64,000 nt of DNA from Octopus sinensis (lineage: Eukaryota). Below the pieces are notes generated by a model. It was not told the DNA's origin. It worked only from the letters and a program-made list of their open reading frames with translations, and did no database searches. The translations under genes were made by a program, and so were the position numbers. Position 1 is the first letter of the stretch, and each line of letters begins with the position of its first letter. Of the stretch, positions 38,267 through 51,449 are shown in pieces. The stretch spans positions 28,334,001-28,398,000 of the forward strand of contig NC_042998.1 of the NCBI RefSeq assembly GCF_006345805.1. Reading direction: 5' to 3'.

Positions 38267-38529
38267 CAGGAGTAGATATCGATGTATGGCTTTCCACCAC
38301 TTGGTGTATTTACTTCGGGCTCAATTCCACTACGTAGCGTCTTAGGCAATGTTTTCAAATAATGTAAAAAAGCAATGCCATGTTCAAACGCGCAGACGCT
38401 GTCGTACGTACCTACATATAAATACACACATACACCAAATTCTTGTGCACGCGCACACACACACGCATGCATATACATACACACCTGCGGAAACATACAC
38501 ACACGCAAACACATTTATATATATATATA

Positions 38530-39812
38530 CGAGGGACGTTCAATAACTAATGCTCCCGACCCACTTGCAGTTGTTTGATCTAGCTGAAATTGCATGTGCA
38601 ATTATTTATATCTCTATAGATTAGGTGGCAAATTACAGCTCTGAATTAATTGTGGTTTCTGATTTACAGGTGTTTGAACCGAGTCAAGTGTGAAATGGAG
38701 CCTGTTGAGTGTCGAGCAGTGATCCGGTTTTTGTATTGGAAAGAACGCACACCACGGGAGACTTTTGATGAAATGAAAGTAACTTATGGTGATGATGCCC
38801 CATCATATGACCTTGTAAAACGCTGGCATCGTGAATTCAAACATGGTCGGAACTCTGTGGAAACAGCCCAGATCTGGTCGCCCCCTTCTGCCATTGATGA
38901 GGCATCTGTCCGTCAAGTTGAGGCTGCCATTTTGGAAGATCGACGCATAATTATTCGCGAAATAGCCCATGAGGTCAAGATTAGTACCGGGTCTGTGGAA
39001 ACTATCATTCATGACCATTTGCATATGCAAAAGGTGTCTGCCAGATGGATTCCCAGGTTGCTCACGCCTTTCCAGAAGCAAGAACGCGTCGAGTGCTCGA
39101 GGGTGAATTTGGAGATGTGCCAAGAAGATGAGTCAAAATTTTTCAAAAGACTGATTACACAGGATAAAACCTGGGTCCATCGCGATGATCCAGAGACCAA
39201 AGCCCAGTCAATGCAGTGGAAGCACCGTGACTCACCCCCTCCAAAGAAGGCAAGGGTGCAGCCCTCGCTGGCAAGGTCATGCTCACAGTCTTCTGGGACC
39301 AGGACGGAGTAGTGATGACAGATTTCCTGGCAAAGGGTACCACAATGCAGGAGCCTATTATGCTTCACTTTTGAGGAAATTAATAGAAGTTATCAAAATC
39401 AAGAGGCGGGACAAGATCAGCAAAGGCATCCTCCTCCTGCAGGACAACGCTCCGGTCCACAATCGCTTGTCGCCAGATCAGAAGCACAGGCGTATGGCTA
39501 TGAACTCCTCCCCATCCCTCCTACGTTCCTGACCTTTCACCCTCTGATTTTCACCTCTTCCCAATCATGAAGTGTTTTTTTGAAAGGAAAGCGTTTCCCA
39601 GATGATGCAGCCTTGATTTCTGAAGTCACGTTGAGGTGGAGGACCATGCTGGTTCTTCTACAAAAACGGTCTCCAGAGCCGCATCAAACGATGGAAGAAA
39701 TGCGTAACTCTGGGTGGTTCCTATGCAGAAAAAGACTCTTAACTGTGCCAAGTTTCTTTGCTCTACTGCTATGGGAAGTGGGTCAGGGGCATTACTTATT
39801 GAACGCCCCTCG
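38530..39812 (+). mobile_element. Full-length mariner DNA transposon (1283 bp), probably irritans subfamily
   Basis: 37-bp TIRs at 38530-38566 and 39776-39812 (4 mismatches, starting CGAGGG), flanked by TA on both sides. Subfamily assignment is inferred from the TIR start and the WIPRLL motif. Confidence 0.96.
38695..39742 (+). pseudogene. Mariner transposase pseudogene (several frameshifts)
   Basis: MEPVECRAVIRFL..RWIPRLL..ITQDKTWVH | AGKVMLTVFWD | LLLQDNAPVH | HPSYVPDLSPSDFHLF | KGKRF..KRWKKC. All three catalytic Asp positions are present but in different frames. Confidence 0.95.
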
Positions 39813-40112
39813 TATTATATATTATATAAGGTAAGGAAGAAATTGGGTAAGAGATTCAATTAACAAACATCAGTCAGATTGATTTACTATAGCCATAGGT
39901 TATAAATAAATAAATAAAACTCCACTTTTACTGCTGTTATCCCTTAGATGGTTCTCCAAACTCTATCTCCTATATACTTAATTATATATATATATATATA
40001 TTAGTAGTAGTAGTAATAATATGACAACAAAAGAATGAATGAGACCTCGATATTGTGTTAACAGAGGAATTTATCTATAAATATATAATGTTGGACAATT
40101 AGTCAGTTGTCA

Positions 40113-40173
40113 TAATAATATTTACAGTTTTAGATGCCGGGGCTAAAATCTACTCGACATCCTCAACGGTTAT
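40113..40173 (-). ncRNA. Decayed hammerhead relic
   Basis: Minus strand AATAA-CCGTTGA-GGATGTCG..CGGCATCT-AAAAC-TGTA. Helix II resembles the motif at 51321-51351, but both catalytic boxes are mutated. Confidence 0.3.
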
Positions 40174-40417
40174 TAAGACAAATACGCTATGAAAAAAACC
40201 AAAACAAAAGAAAAACGGAAGTTACTCTAATAGGCGTCACAAAAGTAAATAAAAGTAAAATATATGATATTAAAAAAACATAAAGAGAGAAATCGTCGTT
40301 CACAAAATCTACATATGTACACGTGTATATATACGTACATGCACGTGCACACATATGCGTATATATATAATATGGCTGACCACATAGTGGTTTTTAGCCC
40401 TCTAAATATACATATAC

Positions 40418-40449
<32 letters not shown>

Positions 40450-40759
40450 ATATATATATATTAAATATATAAATATTATATATATATAATATATATATAT
40501 ATATACATATATATACATATATATATACATATATTATATATAATATATATATATATACATACTCACATACACATACACACACACGTATATAGATATATAG
40601 GTGTAGGAGTGGCTGTGTGATAAGTAGCTTGCTTACCAACGACATTGTGTATTTCTGACATGTGTGTATGTATATATATACATGTATATATATATATATA
40701 CATATATATACATACACACATATATACATGCATACACGCATACACGCACATACACAAGT

Positions 40760-40925
40760 ATATGTACCCTGTTGTACTCTTTCGCCCCAACGTTCTCTCA
40801 CTCTCTCTTTTCCTGTTTCTTGAGTAACGCTGCGATGGACTGGCGTCCTGTCCAGCTGGGGGAACACATACGCCACAGAAACCGGGTCCATGAGCCTGGC
40901 TAACCTTGAAAAGGGCGCATGAATA
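40760..40925 (+). mobile_element. 3' part of a SINE family C variant (tail related to type 2)
   Basis: GTACTCTTTCGCCCCAAC..GCGATGGACTGGCGTCCTGTCCAG..CATGAGCCTGGC. Confidence 0.75.
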
Positions 40926-41374
40926 AATAAATATTTATATATATATATTGAAATACATAGGCCTATATATGGATATAGTTATGTGTATATGTGTGTGTGT
41001 TTGTGTGAATATATGGCTTTAGGTCCATATCTGTCTACACAGAAATCGATCCCAAAATCTAATCAGTTCGTGCCAGTTACGAGGCCATGCATCCCTGAAA
41101 GTTTCATCCGAATATATCCTGTGGTTCTTGAGATATCTTGTCCACGGGCAAGCAAGCCATCAAACACGACTGAAATCAATAAATCCGCCTGGGCTAAAGC
41201 GATGGTAATAATTGCATTTCCCCCAAATGTTAAAACATTTGGTGTAATGTAGAAGTACGAGCACTTTATTGTCCACAAACTTTAACAAAAAACTCATATG
41301 GATCCCCAAAGGGTTTACGGAACGTTGTTGGAAGCCATTGAATTAACTAGTAAATTCAATCTTTTGGTTTGATG

Positions 41375-41780
41375 AAAGCGGCGAGCTGGCAGAAACGTTA
41401 GAACGCCGGGCGAAATGCTTAGCGGTATTTCGTCTGCCGTTACGCTCTGAGTTCAAATTCCGCCGAAGTCGACTTTGCCTTTCATCTTTTCGGGGTCGAT
41501 AAATTAAGTACCAGTTACGCACTGGGGTCGATATAATCGACTTAATCTGTCTGTTTGTCCTTGTTTGTCTCCTCTGTGTTTATCCCCTTGTGGGTAGTAA
41601 AGAAATAGGTATTTCGTCTGTCTTTACACGTCCTGAGTCCAAATTCTGCTGAGGTCGACTATGCCTTTCATCCTTTCGGGGTCGCTAAAGTAAGTATCAG
41701 TTGCATACTGGGATCGATCTAATCGACTGCTTCTCCGCCACCTAAAATAAATTCATGTTTTGTGCCTAGAGTAGGAAAAA
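41375..41780 (+). mobile_element. SINE family A dimer
   Basis: Head plus two core copies. Confidence 0.92.
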
Positions 41781-42229
41781 CATTTTGTTCCGGTTAAAGA
41801 TCTTTCAGAACAAAATCGTCAAGTTAACTAAGGGTTCCTTAAGGACAAAGTAAACTTCATATAATTGAGGTATGTTCGGCCTGATGAATAGCTGCTAGAG
41901 TATCCCTCATTGACTATTACATAAGACAATTTGCTATCTAGGAAACATATGTAGGCTGGATTTTACCAGTTCCATTCGCTGAGTTTGTATTTTTATTCGA
42001 ATTGTTTAGCAACTCATGTTATTAACCGCGAGCTATAAAAATTTCTTGTAGCTTATCGATCTTCGATATAGGAGAAGCTTACAACCTTCTTCCCCAATGA
42101 ATTATTACTGTCCCTCAATGTTGCTTTTTATAACTACTGCCGACTTTTCGAAGCTTACAAACTTCCTTCACTTAGATCATTGGATCTTATAATTAAACAC
42201 ACTCACACACATATATAGAGTGATACATA

Positions 42230-42352
42230 CATAATACATCCATCCATCCATACATACATACATGCATGCATACATACATGCATGCATACATACATGCATA
42301 CATACATACATGCATACATACATACATACATGCATGCATACATACATGCATG

Positions 42353-42384
<32 letters not shown>

Positions 42385-42675
42385 CATATATACACGCACA
42401 AACATACATACATACATACATACATACATACATACATACATACATACATACATACATACATACATACATACATACATACATACATACATACATAATGCAT
42501 GCATACATACAAACATACATATATACATATATACACGCAGAAACACACATACATACATACATACATACATACATACATACATACATACATACATGCATAC
42601 ATACATACAAACATACATACATACATACATAAATATATACACGCACAAACACACATACATACATACATACATACA

Positions 42676-42705
<30 letters not shown>
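42230..42705. repeat. (CATA)n-rich microsatellite with internal higher-order units
   Basis: Read directly; the motif ATATATACAC(ATATA)TACACGCA(C/G)AAAC recurs about three times. Confidence 0.97.
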
Positions 42706-42709
<4 letters not shown>

Positions 42710-45700
42710 CAAGTGTATATTTGAGAGTGTGTGTGAATTACTATTACCTTAACTGAAAAAGAATTGAACATATTTAGGTAGGGCGGACTATTGAAGGTTA
42801 ATAGTACACACGCAGAGATCGCGCAGACAAATAGCTCCACGTATGTATTTATGCTTGTATATAAATATTTATATATGATTAATAACCGCTGAAAGAATAG
42901 GGGAATATTTCTTGACACTTACCGTGGCTGTTCGGTAAATATGCCCAATACGAATTTATTTCTAAGATGGACAAGAAGATCGCTATAAAGATGAGGTACG
43001 ATTGCATGCGGTGTCATTAAGAGCCACATCACGTTGTAAATCCGTTTGCCTATCAAGCGATAGCGTAGAGACCGTTACATGGACAATACACATGAGACAA
43101 TCAGAAGCTTTTTGAAAGGAATCGAAATACAATGGCCAGTATCTTCCATACGAAGTTCGCATCATTCACACCAATCTCCAGCAAAAGAAATTTATTGCAA
43201 CCTGCTGGCATATTCCCGAATAAGCTGACAATTTTAAGGCCCAGCGATCATTTACGGCAGTTTATTATACTAAACCTCGCCAACCGAATAACTCGTCATA
43301 AGAAGCTGGCAAATTACTTCGATTCTCTTTAATTATACCACATACGTAAAATATATTTAATGGATCATCTCTCGATTTCGATGAATAGAAATTCATTTCT
43401 TCGATCCTTCTTCACTGAATCAGCATGTAATTGGCTGAAAATTCTCCAGATACGCGTAATCTGGATATAAATCTTTTAACTACTTCGGTTTACTTGAATT
43501 AACAAATTCACGCGAAGTTAGGTAGATATGGATACAAACATAAAACTGTGTTCCATTAAAAACGCCGCCTTCTCTTTTCTTTCTGTGACTGAATACGTAA
43601 ACGGTTACACGAACACACACATACACTACCACGCACACACACACTACCATGCACACACACACTACCACGCACACACACTACCACACACACACACACTACC
43701 ACGCGCACACACACACACATCTACATGTATGTAATTTCTCTCCAGTATTTATCATTGAGTTATAAAACGAAACCGGTGTATGTTCTTTGCATTGGTACGT
43801 TCCCTAAAATATAAGCACACACCTCCATACAAACAAGCACAAATACTACACACTTCTGAGGACTCAAACTCACTCAAGCACTTGCACATGATCCATTAGG
43901 TTTAGTGGAGGCCAAACTTATTTCGCTTTCCATTGTTGCTGTTGATGTTTTCCTCCACAACAACACTGACTCTTCTTTCCAGCCACAGTTTCCTAGTTTC
44001 CACCTCAATACAAAATAGCACTCTGTTTATTATACCGTTTCATATACTCACACCTCTTCAGAAGGAGTCCCCTATTTATTTAACTGCTTACTTTTACAAT
44101 CAATGTTAATATGTATTGAGTTATATTTCTTTCCACGTGTTAAAGTCACATTGTAATGACAGAAACTGCCAACCAGTGTAGAAATACATAAAAACTCGTA
44201 TATATTGCTGATATTTGCGGAGAAGTTATAGTTTATTGTCTGATGATTATCCAAGATTTCACAATATGAAACTTTGTCTCTGAATGTATTACCACTATAG
44301 AACTATATCATTACATATACTTGTGATTGCGCACGTGTGTGTGTGCGCGCGCATATGATTGTATTGGTGTCTGTGTGTTTATGCATTAGTTAATATAGGT
44401 GTCTTTAAGTTTTTTTAGTATGTGTCAGTATGAAGAAATGAACATCCAATCGTGATGTTTCTTAAATCCGAATCGTTCTTCACAACAACATAGTGAGAAA
44501 AACGTATTCAAGTGAGTTTTGCGAATTGTCACATGTTCGGAGTTAATATTGTAACATCTTAGCAGATTCAAAGAACAGCGCTGTTATCGTGTTCGGGAAT
44601 TATAATCTTGACGTTTTAACTGGCTTCCTTCTTAGGAGGAAAATAATAGAAACCTCTCAAAGAGATTGAAACATTTTCTAAATTAATAAAGAATGTTATC
44701 AGTTTAGGAAAATATTTACACAGAAATAAACTGAACAGAAAAGAAGCCTTATTATATTTGGAATTGAAACATGTAATTCTGAGGGGATAATATTTTTTTT
44801 TCATATCTTTCTGGTAGTTAGAAAATAAGAAGAAAAAAATACTATACTCGTGTTACAGATTTGTCAATACTTTCATATTTCAACAAGAATAAATATTATT
44901 GAAAAAATAAAACTATGCAAAATGTAATGCTGAATTTCATATTACTACACCCTTTTCTTTTAAAGCTAGAGTTACTTTAGAATTCAGAGTAATAGTATTA
45001 TTGACACGTGATATTTAGCCGACGTAAACGTAAAGCATTTATTATATCCCATTGAATATATGTCTCCCCAACGGCATTCTTTTAAAAATTGGATGAATAC
45101 CACCTCGCATTTTTACTCTGTTAAAAGACTGACACATTTTTACTCTGTTAAAAGACTGACACATTCTTTGTATTAAAGAGTACATTATCAGCATCTATTA
45201 ACTACAAGTTGGATTTGTACGGAGAACGATGACCGGCGCGTTATAGAAGCAATTACGCCGACATTGTCATAAACTGACCAGTAGTCGTGACATGGTGTCG
45301 ACCATGAAAATTCATGAATTTGCAAGTTCGCTCGAAGTTTACGTTTCAGTTAGGCAGGTCTCCCCTCTTCAGGACACGAATGTCATTCAGTATAGCTTGG
45401 CTCCAGTTTTTTGAAGACGTTGCCAGAACAATGTAGAAATCAATGTTCAACTACTTTAAGAGCATTAGCTCCAGCGTTTTCTCGCGAATATTTTCCTTGT
45501 AGGTGGTTGTTGCAGCAAAGCAACAGAGATTTCCGGTCAGAGTTCTCTAACAGATTACTTTACCAGGCTGACGAGACCCATCAATCTGAAAAATTGATTT
45601 TAAATATCTCAGCACATTGATTTTAAAAATCTCAGCCTTCGCCCATTCTTCTGCCAGTTTAAGCAGTTCTATCCAATACTCCAAAGAATCAATGGTCCTT

Positions 45701-46004
45701 CCAGAGTTACAGGCTCATAAGGTCGGTTTCCCGATTATGTGGCGTGACGGGAAATGAAGTGTTTTTCATAAAAAGGTAACTCTTCATCGATAGAAGATTC
45801 GAATCCACAGTCTAACGATTTGAACGCACCAACAGAACCACTAAGTTACGCGCTTTCATATCCAGTGTGTGTGTGTAGGAAGGCTACTAAGCGGACTTAT
45901 ACTGAATAGATTCATCTGTATTTTTATGATATTCAGTTACTTTCGTTTAATGTTATTTTTAAAGTGTTCTTTTCACTCGCTCCATATTTATCTTAATGAA
46001 TTTA

Positions 46005-46385
46005 TTCTTTTATTCTTTTACTTGTTTCAGTCATTTGACACTGCCTTTAGTCGAGCAAATTGACCCCAGGACTTATTCTTTGTAAGTCTAGTACTAATTC
46101 TACCGGTTCCTTTTGCCGAACCGCTAAGTTACGGGGGACGTAAACACACCAGCATCGGTTGTGAAGCGATGTTGGGGGGGACAAACACGGGCACACAAGC
46201 ATATACACACACATACATATATACGATGGGGTTATTTCAGTTTCCCTCTACTAAATCCACTCACAAGGCTTTGGCCGGCTCGAGGCTATAGTAGAAGGCA
46301 CTTGTCCAAGGTGCCATGCAGTGGGACTGAACCCGAAACCATCTGATTGGTAAGCAAGCTACTTACCGCAAAGCCACTCCTACGC
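46005..46385 (-). mobile_element. SINE family B
   Basis: Reverse complement, with a small deletion in the tail. Confidence 0.9.
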
Positions 46386-46856
46386 CTTAACTTATTTTGT
46401 AGATAGCAGTCAATATTCTAATCATTCTTACGCATAACAATTCCTTCTTACATTATTTTTCGACATCAGCCAATCGCATTATCGAAAAACCTCTTTCACA
46501 TTTGAAATGTGATAACCTTTTGTCCAATTAGCTTTGAAAATTCATTTCATTGAATATTTCTTTCATCTGTTCATCAATTAACATTCAGTGCACCATTTAT
46601 AAAGCGTTGCAAAGTTCCCAAATATGACTCCTCTCTGGTGATTGGTTCAGTAAAGTACATTCTCTATACATTTTTGCTAGATTTATAACATCGAGCCATT
46701 AACACATCCAAACGTATAACTGAAACATCTGTAAGCCTATGATAAATAAGTATAAATAAATAACTCATTTAAAGCATTCCAAAGTAACTAGTTTGTGCCA
46801 TTCATGGTTCCCTGACTGGTAATAATATAAAAAATATAATTTAATATAATATAATA

Positions 46857-46901
<45 letters not shown>

Positions 46902-47008
46902 TTTAGTTAGTTAGATAAATATATAGATTCATGTAGTTAGATGAAAAAATAGATTCATATATGTTATTTTCTCTCTCACTCACTCTCTCTCTGTCTGCCT
47001 GTCTCTCC

Positions 47009-47062
<54 letters not shown>

Positions 47063-47067
47063 AAAGT

Positions 47068-47176
<109 letters not shown>

Positions 47177-47902
47177 AAATAATAAATCAACATATATCAA
47201 TGCATGAACTTTGGAAAGTAGTAATTTCTATTTATTTTCCTTCCAGGATGAAGATTGCTACATGGTTATCGCATTCAATTATATTTCATTTCGTCAGATG
47301 TAAATCAATACAGGAATACAAAGTCCACTTGCCATACAATACATATTATTGCAATATTCTAAATAAAGAAACGCCATATTTATTTCTATTGCTGTTGCGT
47401 TTTCGTTTAACAGATATCTATCTGTAGTTCTCCATACTAGAACTGACTTGAATGAATATGATCTTTATTTATTAGCTGTTTATTTATTCAGACTCCAAAT
47501 TCCTGAAGTACCAATGACCTGCAGGAGTTTATAGGAAAATATTCTTCAATATTTTATTCATTGGAGAAATGATATATCTGATGTAATATGCGTTTATATA
47601 GGTTTTGGTGATACACTGTATTGCTCTCATGTAAGTAATATCCTTCTCTTTATCGTTAAATTATATTTTATTGTAAGTCATTAAAGATATGCTGGCATTA
47701 TTACTATTTTTGTTAGTCTTGTCGCTGCTATTGTTGTTCCCGCTGGTCACTGGATCCTGCAAACTTATGACAATATTTCAGCATCATATATTATATCCCC
47801 TAACATTTGAAATAAGATTTTACCTCTACTGATATTTGCTGTTATATCTATCACGTGTAGGGATCACATAGTCCCTCTCTCTGGCAAAGTGTGTGGAATA
47901 TA

Positions 47903-48240
47903 TATTGGCATCCTTTTTGTCTCGGGAGACAATGGAGTTTCCCATAAAATAATCTAGTCCGGCTTTTACATTTCATGTCCTAATACATCTGCTGTGGCTG
48001 TGCAGTCCTAGCCTGGACAAACACTCCCTCTGGCAGGTGCCGCAAATGTAGTGAAGACTTTGCCTGGCTGGTTGTAATGTCATAGTTTCTTGTTGACGTC
48101 TTTTCTTGTCTTTCCATTTTTCCTCTCTCCCTCTGTCACTCCTTTGTGTTCCCTCTTTTACGGTACGTCGCCAACCTCCACGATTGCTGGCAACTGCCTC
48201 CCAGTTGCTAATATTGATGCCCCAGGCCTTCATGTCCCTT
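47903..48240 (-). mobile_element. RTE (Bov-B-like) LINE, 5'-truncated 3' end
   Basis: Translation DMKAWGINISNWEAVASNRGGWR..YICGTCQRECLSRLGLHSH (RTE C-terminal zinc-finger motif), followed by a 3' UTR containing CCATTGTCTCCCGAGACA. Confidence 0.9.
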
Positions 48241-48504
48241 TAACAGAAATAAAATGTGAACAATGTATTGAAAAATTATTTATACGAAGCGTTGTACAAA
48301 TCTATTTAATCCGGAGCAACAGTTTAAGAAGAATATCTTCAAATCCTGTTGAAAGTTTGTTGAGATGGTTTTGTTCTCATTAAACAAGCCTGTACTAGTA
48401 TAACATTATACAACTTATTTGGTGTGGGTAATTGTTGATCGTTACTGGTTTTCGGTTTACCATTCTAGATGACTGGAAAGATCCATTGAGATAAGTTGAA
48501 GGAA

Positions 48505-49760
48505 GGAGTGCGAAAAGAAATCGTAAAGATGTTACACGGGATAATAAACTTAGTATTTTGAAAAAGGCTTCATGTGAGCGAATAAAATCAGTCACATTGT
48601 CAAAGCATTAAAGTTTACAAGGTCTGTAGTTGGATAATAGGTGACAAAATTTTTTTTTAATATGTGAAGTACCTAAGAAACTATTTTGTTAATTGCTCTT
48701 ACCTTATTTTAGCTTCATAGATGTAACCTAATATTTAAAATGGATGTTCCTTGTTTTGATCAGCACGGTAGTAATACTTTTGAAAATTCCGAAGGTTTGT
48801 ACGATGGTTAGCTGAAAAATTAAGGTGAAACTTCCAATGAAAAAGCTTTCACGCTAGCAAGGCTAGTTTGCAAAGCTTAAGTGTCGCTAGAATCTGCACA
48901 ATGGCGTTCAAATGGTACTCCAAATTTAACCTATTTCTTATTTGGCGTTGAAATAAGGTAGAAATGACTAAGAGCCTTTCCGAAACGTGGTTTGCATTCG
49001 ATGTTTTACTCTGCTGAAGAAAGTTACAGTACCACGCATAATATTTCCTACAAAACATGACTACTTTCAGACAATGCACCTAGCTTTTGATAAAGTGAGA
49101 GCAGGAGATATCCCAAAGAATATGACCGTGTTTTTTCAGTCAATAGATTAGAGTGCGACAGCTAACCTCAGGGCATATTACTTTAGATGTCCATGGAAAC
49201 TGTTAATGAAAGAAATTGACTGCGTGGACAAACTTATATTTAGAGACTCATATTTAAAGATAAATCTATTTTCAGAGGATAAACTTCCGCTTATATTCAA
49301 CAGAATGAATGCCGATAATAACATATCTAAATCATAGCATGAAGTGAAATCCCCGAATTTGAATGGTACTTGGAAAAATATGTGACCAGACTGGATTCGT
49401 GAGGTTACAAGTTTTCAAGAAGCAAGCAATTTGCATCGAATTCGCCATGCTATGGTGACACGTATAAGTGATGCAGTGTTTGAAGACGCCATTGAGGATG
49501 TGGTTTGAGTTGTTAGTGTTCAATAGAGAAAATTTATCTAACAAGCTGATGCTATTAGATCAAAAGGAGCTTGAGAATACAGATGAGAATTCGGAAATGC
49601 TAGCAATTACAGGTAATTTGACTGCAAAGAATATGGCTCTTATGAAAGAGCGCGTGCAGGGTTTTTCTAAGAACACTAATCATGAATGTATCATAAAAAT
49701 TACAGGAGGAATTTATAATGAGCTCCTTTTCCTACACTGAATTGTAAAAAGAGATGATGA
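48505..49760 (+). pseudogene. Decayed, probably internally deleted Tigger/pogo-type transposase
   Basis: Broken frames give KRNRKDVTRDNKLSILKK..IVKALKFTRSVV (CENP-B-type HTH), FQSID*SATANLRAYY (QPMDQGVIAxFKAYY-like), NISKS*HEVK..NGTWKNM*P, and ENLSNKLMLLDQKE (Tigger C-terminal region). Confidence 0.72.
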
Positions 49761-49965
49761 GCCATAAACATCAAACAAGTTTGGTTAAATTTTCGCCCCT
49801 TAAACATATAAAGAAATATAAGATAGAAAATGGTGTCCGCCATACACGCAGTAACTCTCGTTCCCCACTCTCACGTGATAGAAAACATGCTTTGCTTTAA
49901 GTAGAATTCTTATTTATTCCCTCATATATTTTCCTTTATATGGTTCATATATATACATATTGTGT

Positions 49966-50239
49966 ATATAAAATACGGTGTACATTTAAACACATCAAGA
50001 GGTATCCACAATAGGACTCCCTTACGCTAGAAGGGACAGCTAAAGTTCAAACCACTAATTAGGGATAAAATCTCGAAGGGAATGAAAGATAAAAACATTT
50101 ACCATATATTTTTTATTCTTCATTTCCTTCTAGATTTTATCCCTAATTAGTGGTTTGAACTTTAGCTGTTCCTTCTAGCGTAAGGGTGTTCTATGATGGA
50201 AACCTCTTAATGTGTTTAACTGTACACTGTATTTCATAT
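49966..50239. repeat. Fold-back: ~130-bp inverted arms with a ~13-nt spacer
   Basis: 49966-50095 pairs with 50109-50239; the inner ~55 bp (50019-50073 / 50132-50186) differ at a single G.T position. Confidence 0.96.
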
Positions 50240-50511
50240 GAATAACATATAGTCTATTGACTAATTTTTCTATAAGCTAGGCCACTGGTAGTAAAAATTT
50301 CTAAAATCTTTATTACCCTGATATTTATAATTATATATATTGTGCTGTATATATTATAAAATTGTTATTGGCTGCATACAAGTTGTATTTCTTGTTCTAT
50401 GTTTTTTTTCATTCCTTTCCCTTTTATATTTATTCTTTCGAAAATGTCCGTCAGAATGCATCTCTGTCTATATCATGAAAATCAATACGAAAATCAGTTC
50501 CATATTAGGAA

Positions 50512-50820
50512 CGTGGACGCCCAATGGCCCAGTGGATCGCGGTTTCGATTCCTAGACCGGGCGTTGAGAGTGTTTATCGAGCGAAAACACCTAAACGCTC
50601 CACGAGGGTCCGGCAGTGGGTAGTGGCAAACCCTGCTGTACTCCTTCATCACAACTTTCTCTAGTTATTCCTGTCACACTCTGTGTCACGCTGAATCTCC
50701 CCGAGAACTACGTTAAGGGCACACGTGTCTGTGGAATGCTCAACCACTTTCTAGTTAATTTCACGAGTAGGCTGTTTCGTTGATCGGATCAACTGGAACC
50801 CTCGTCGTCGTAATCGATGA
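50512..50820 (+). mobile_element. SINE family C (tail type 1) with internal deletions
   Basis: Matches 14115-14499. Confidence 0.88.
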
Positions 50821-51308
50821 AATGCCACTACATACATACACACACACACACATACCCCCCATATATATATATATATATATATATATTCTTTTATTCTTTT
50901 ACTTGTTTCAGTCATTTGACTGCGCCCATGCTGGAGCACCGCCTTCAGTCGAGCAAGTCGACCTCAGGACTCATTCTTTGTAAGCCTACTACTTATTCTA
51001 TCAGTCTCTTTTGCCGAATAGCTAAGTTACAGGGACGTAAACACACGAACATTAGTTGTCAAGCGATGGTGGAGGACAAACACAGACACACAGACATACG
51101 CGCGCATACACACACGCGCGCAAACATGCACACACACACACACACACACATTTGCTTGACCATCTGCCAAGCAAATGGGAAGCAGTAATTGCAGTTGATG
51201 ATGGATATGCTCTGGAATGATCATTTAAAGATGTTTTTGTTACACTTTGTTACTGTTTTTGTGGAACAAAATTTAATGAAAAATCTGCAATAATTATTTC
51301 GATGACCG

Positions 51309-51369
51309 GATAACTGAAGAGATGGTGGCATGGGTTTCCGCCCCGACATCCGAAACTCGGAGTTTTATC
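51309..51369 (+). ncRNA. Type-I hammerhead ribozyme motif, near-canonical (probable Penelope-like element terminus)
   Basis: GATAA / CTGAAGA / GATG..CATC-C / GAAA / CTC-G-GAG-T-T / TTATC. Helices I, II and III all pair; predicted cleavage after 51364 (GUU). Confidence 0.75.
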
Positions 51370-51403
51370 ATGGCTACTGAATAATTGTCACATATTATAT
51401 TTA

Positions 51404-51448
<45 letters not shown>

Positions 51449-51449
<1 letters not shown>

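Noticed and set aside
45200-45720. GC-richer stretch with a fragment like Gypsy integrase (ISTLFWQRLQKTGAKL, minus strand)
   Set aside because: Only one short motif-like match, with no LTRs or other pol motifs; too weak to call.
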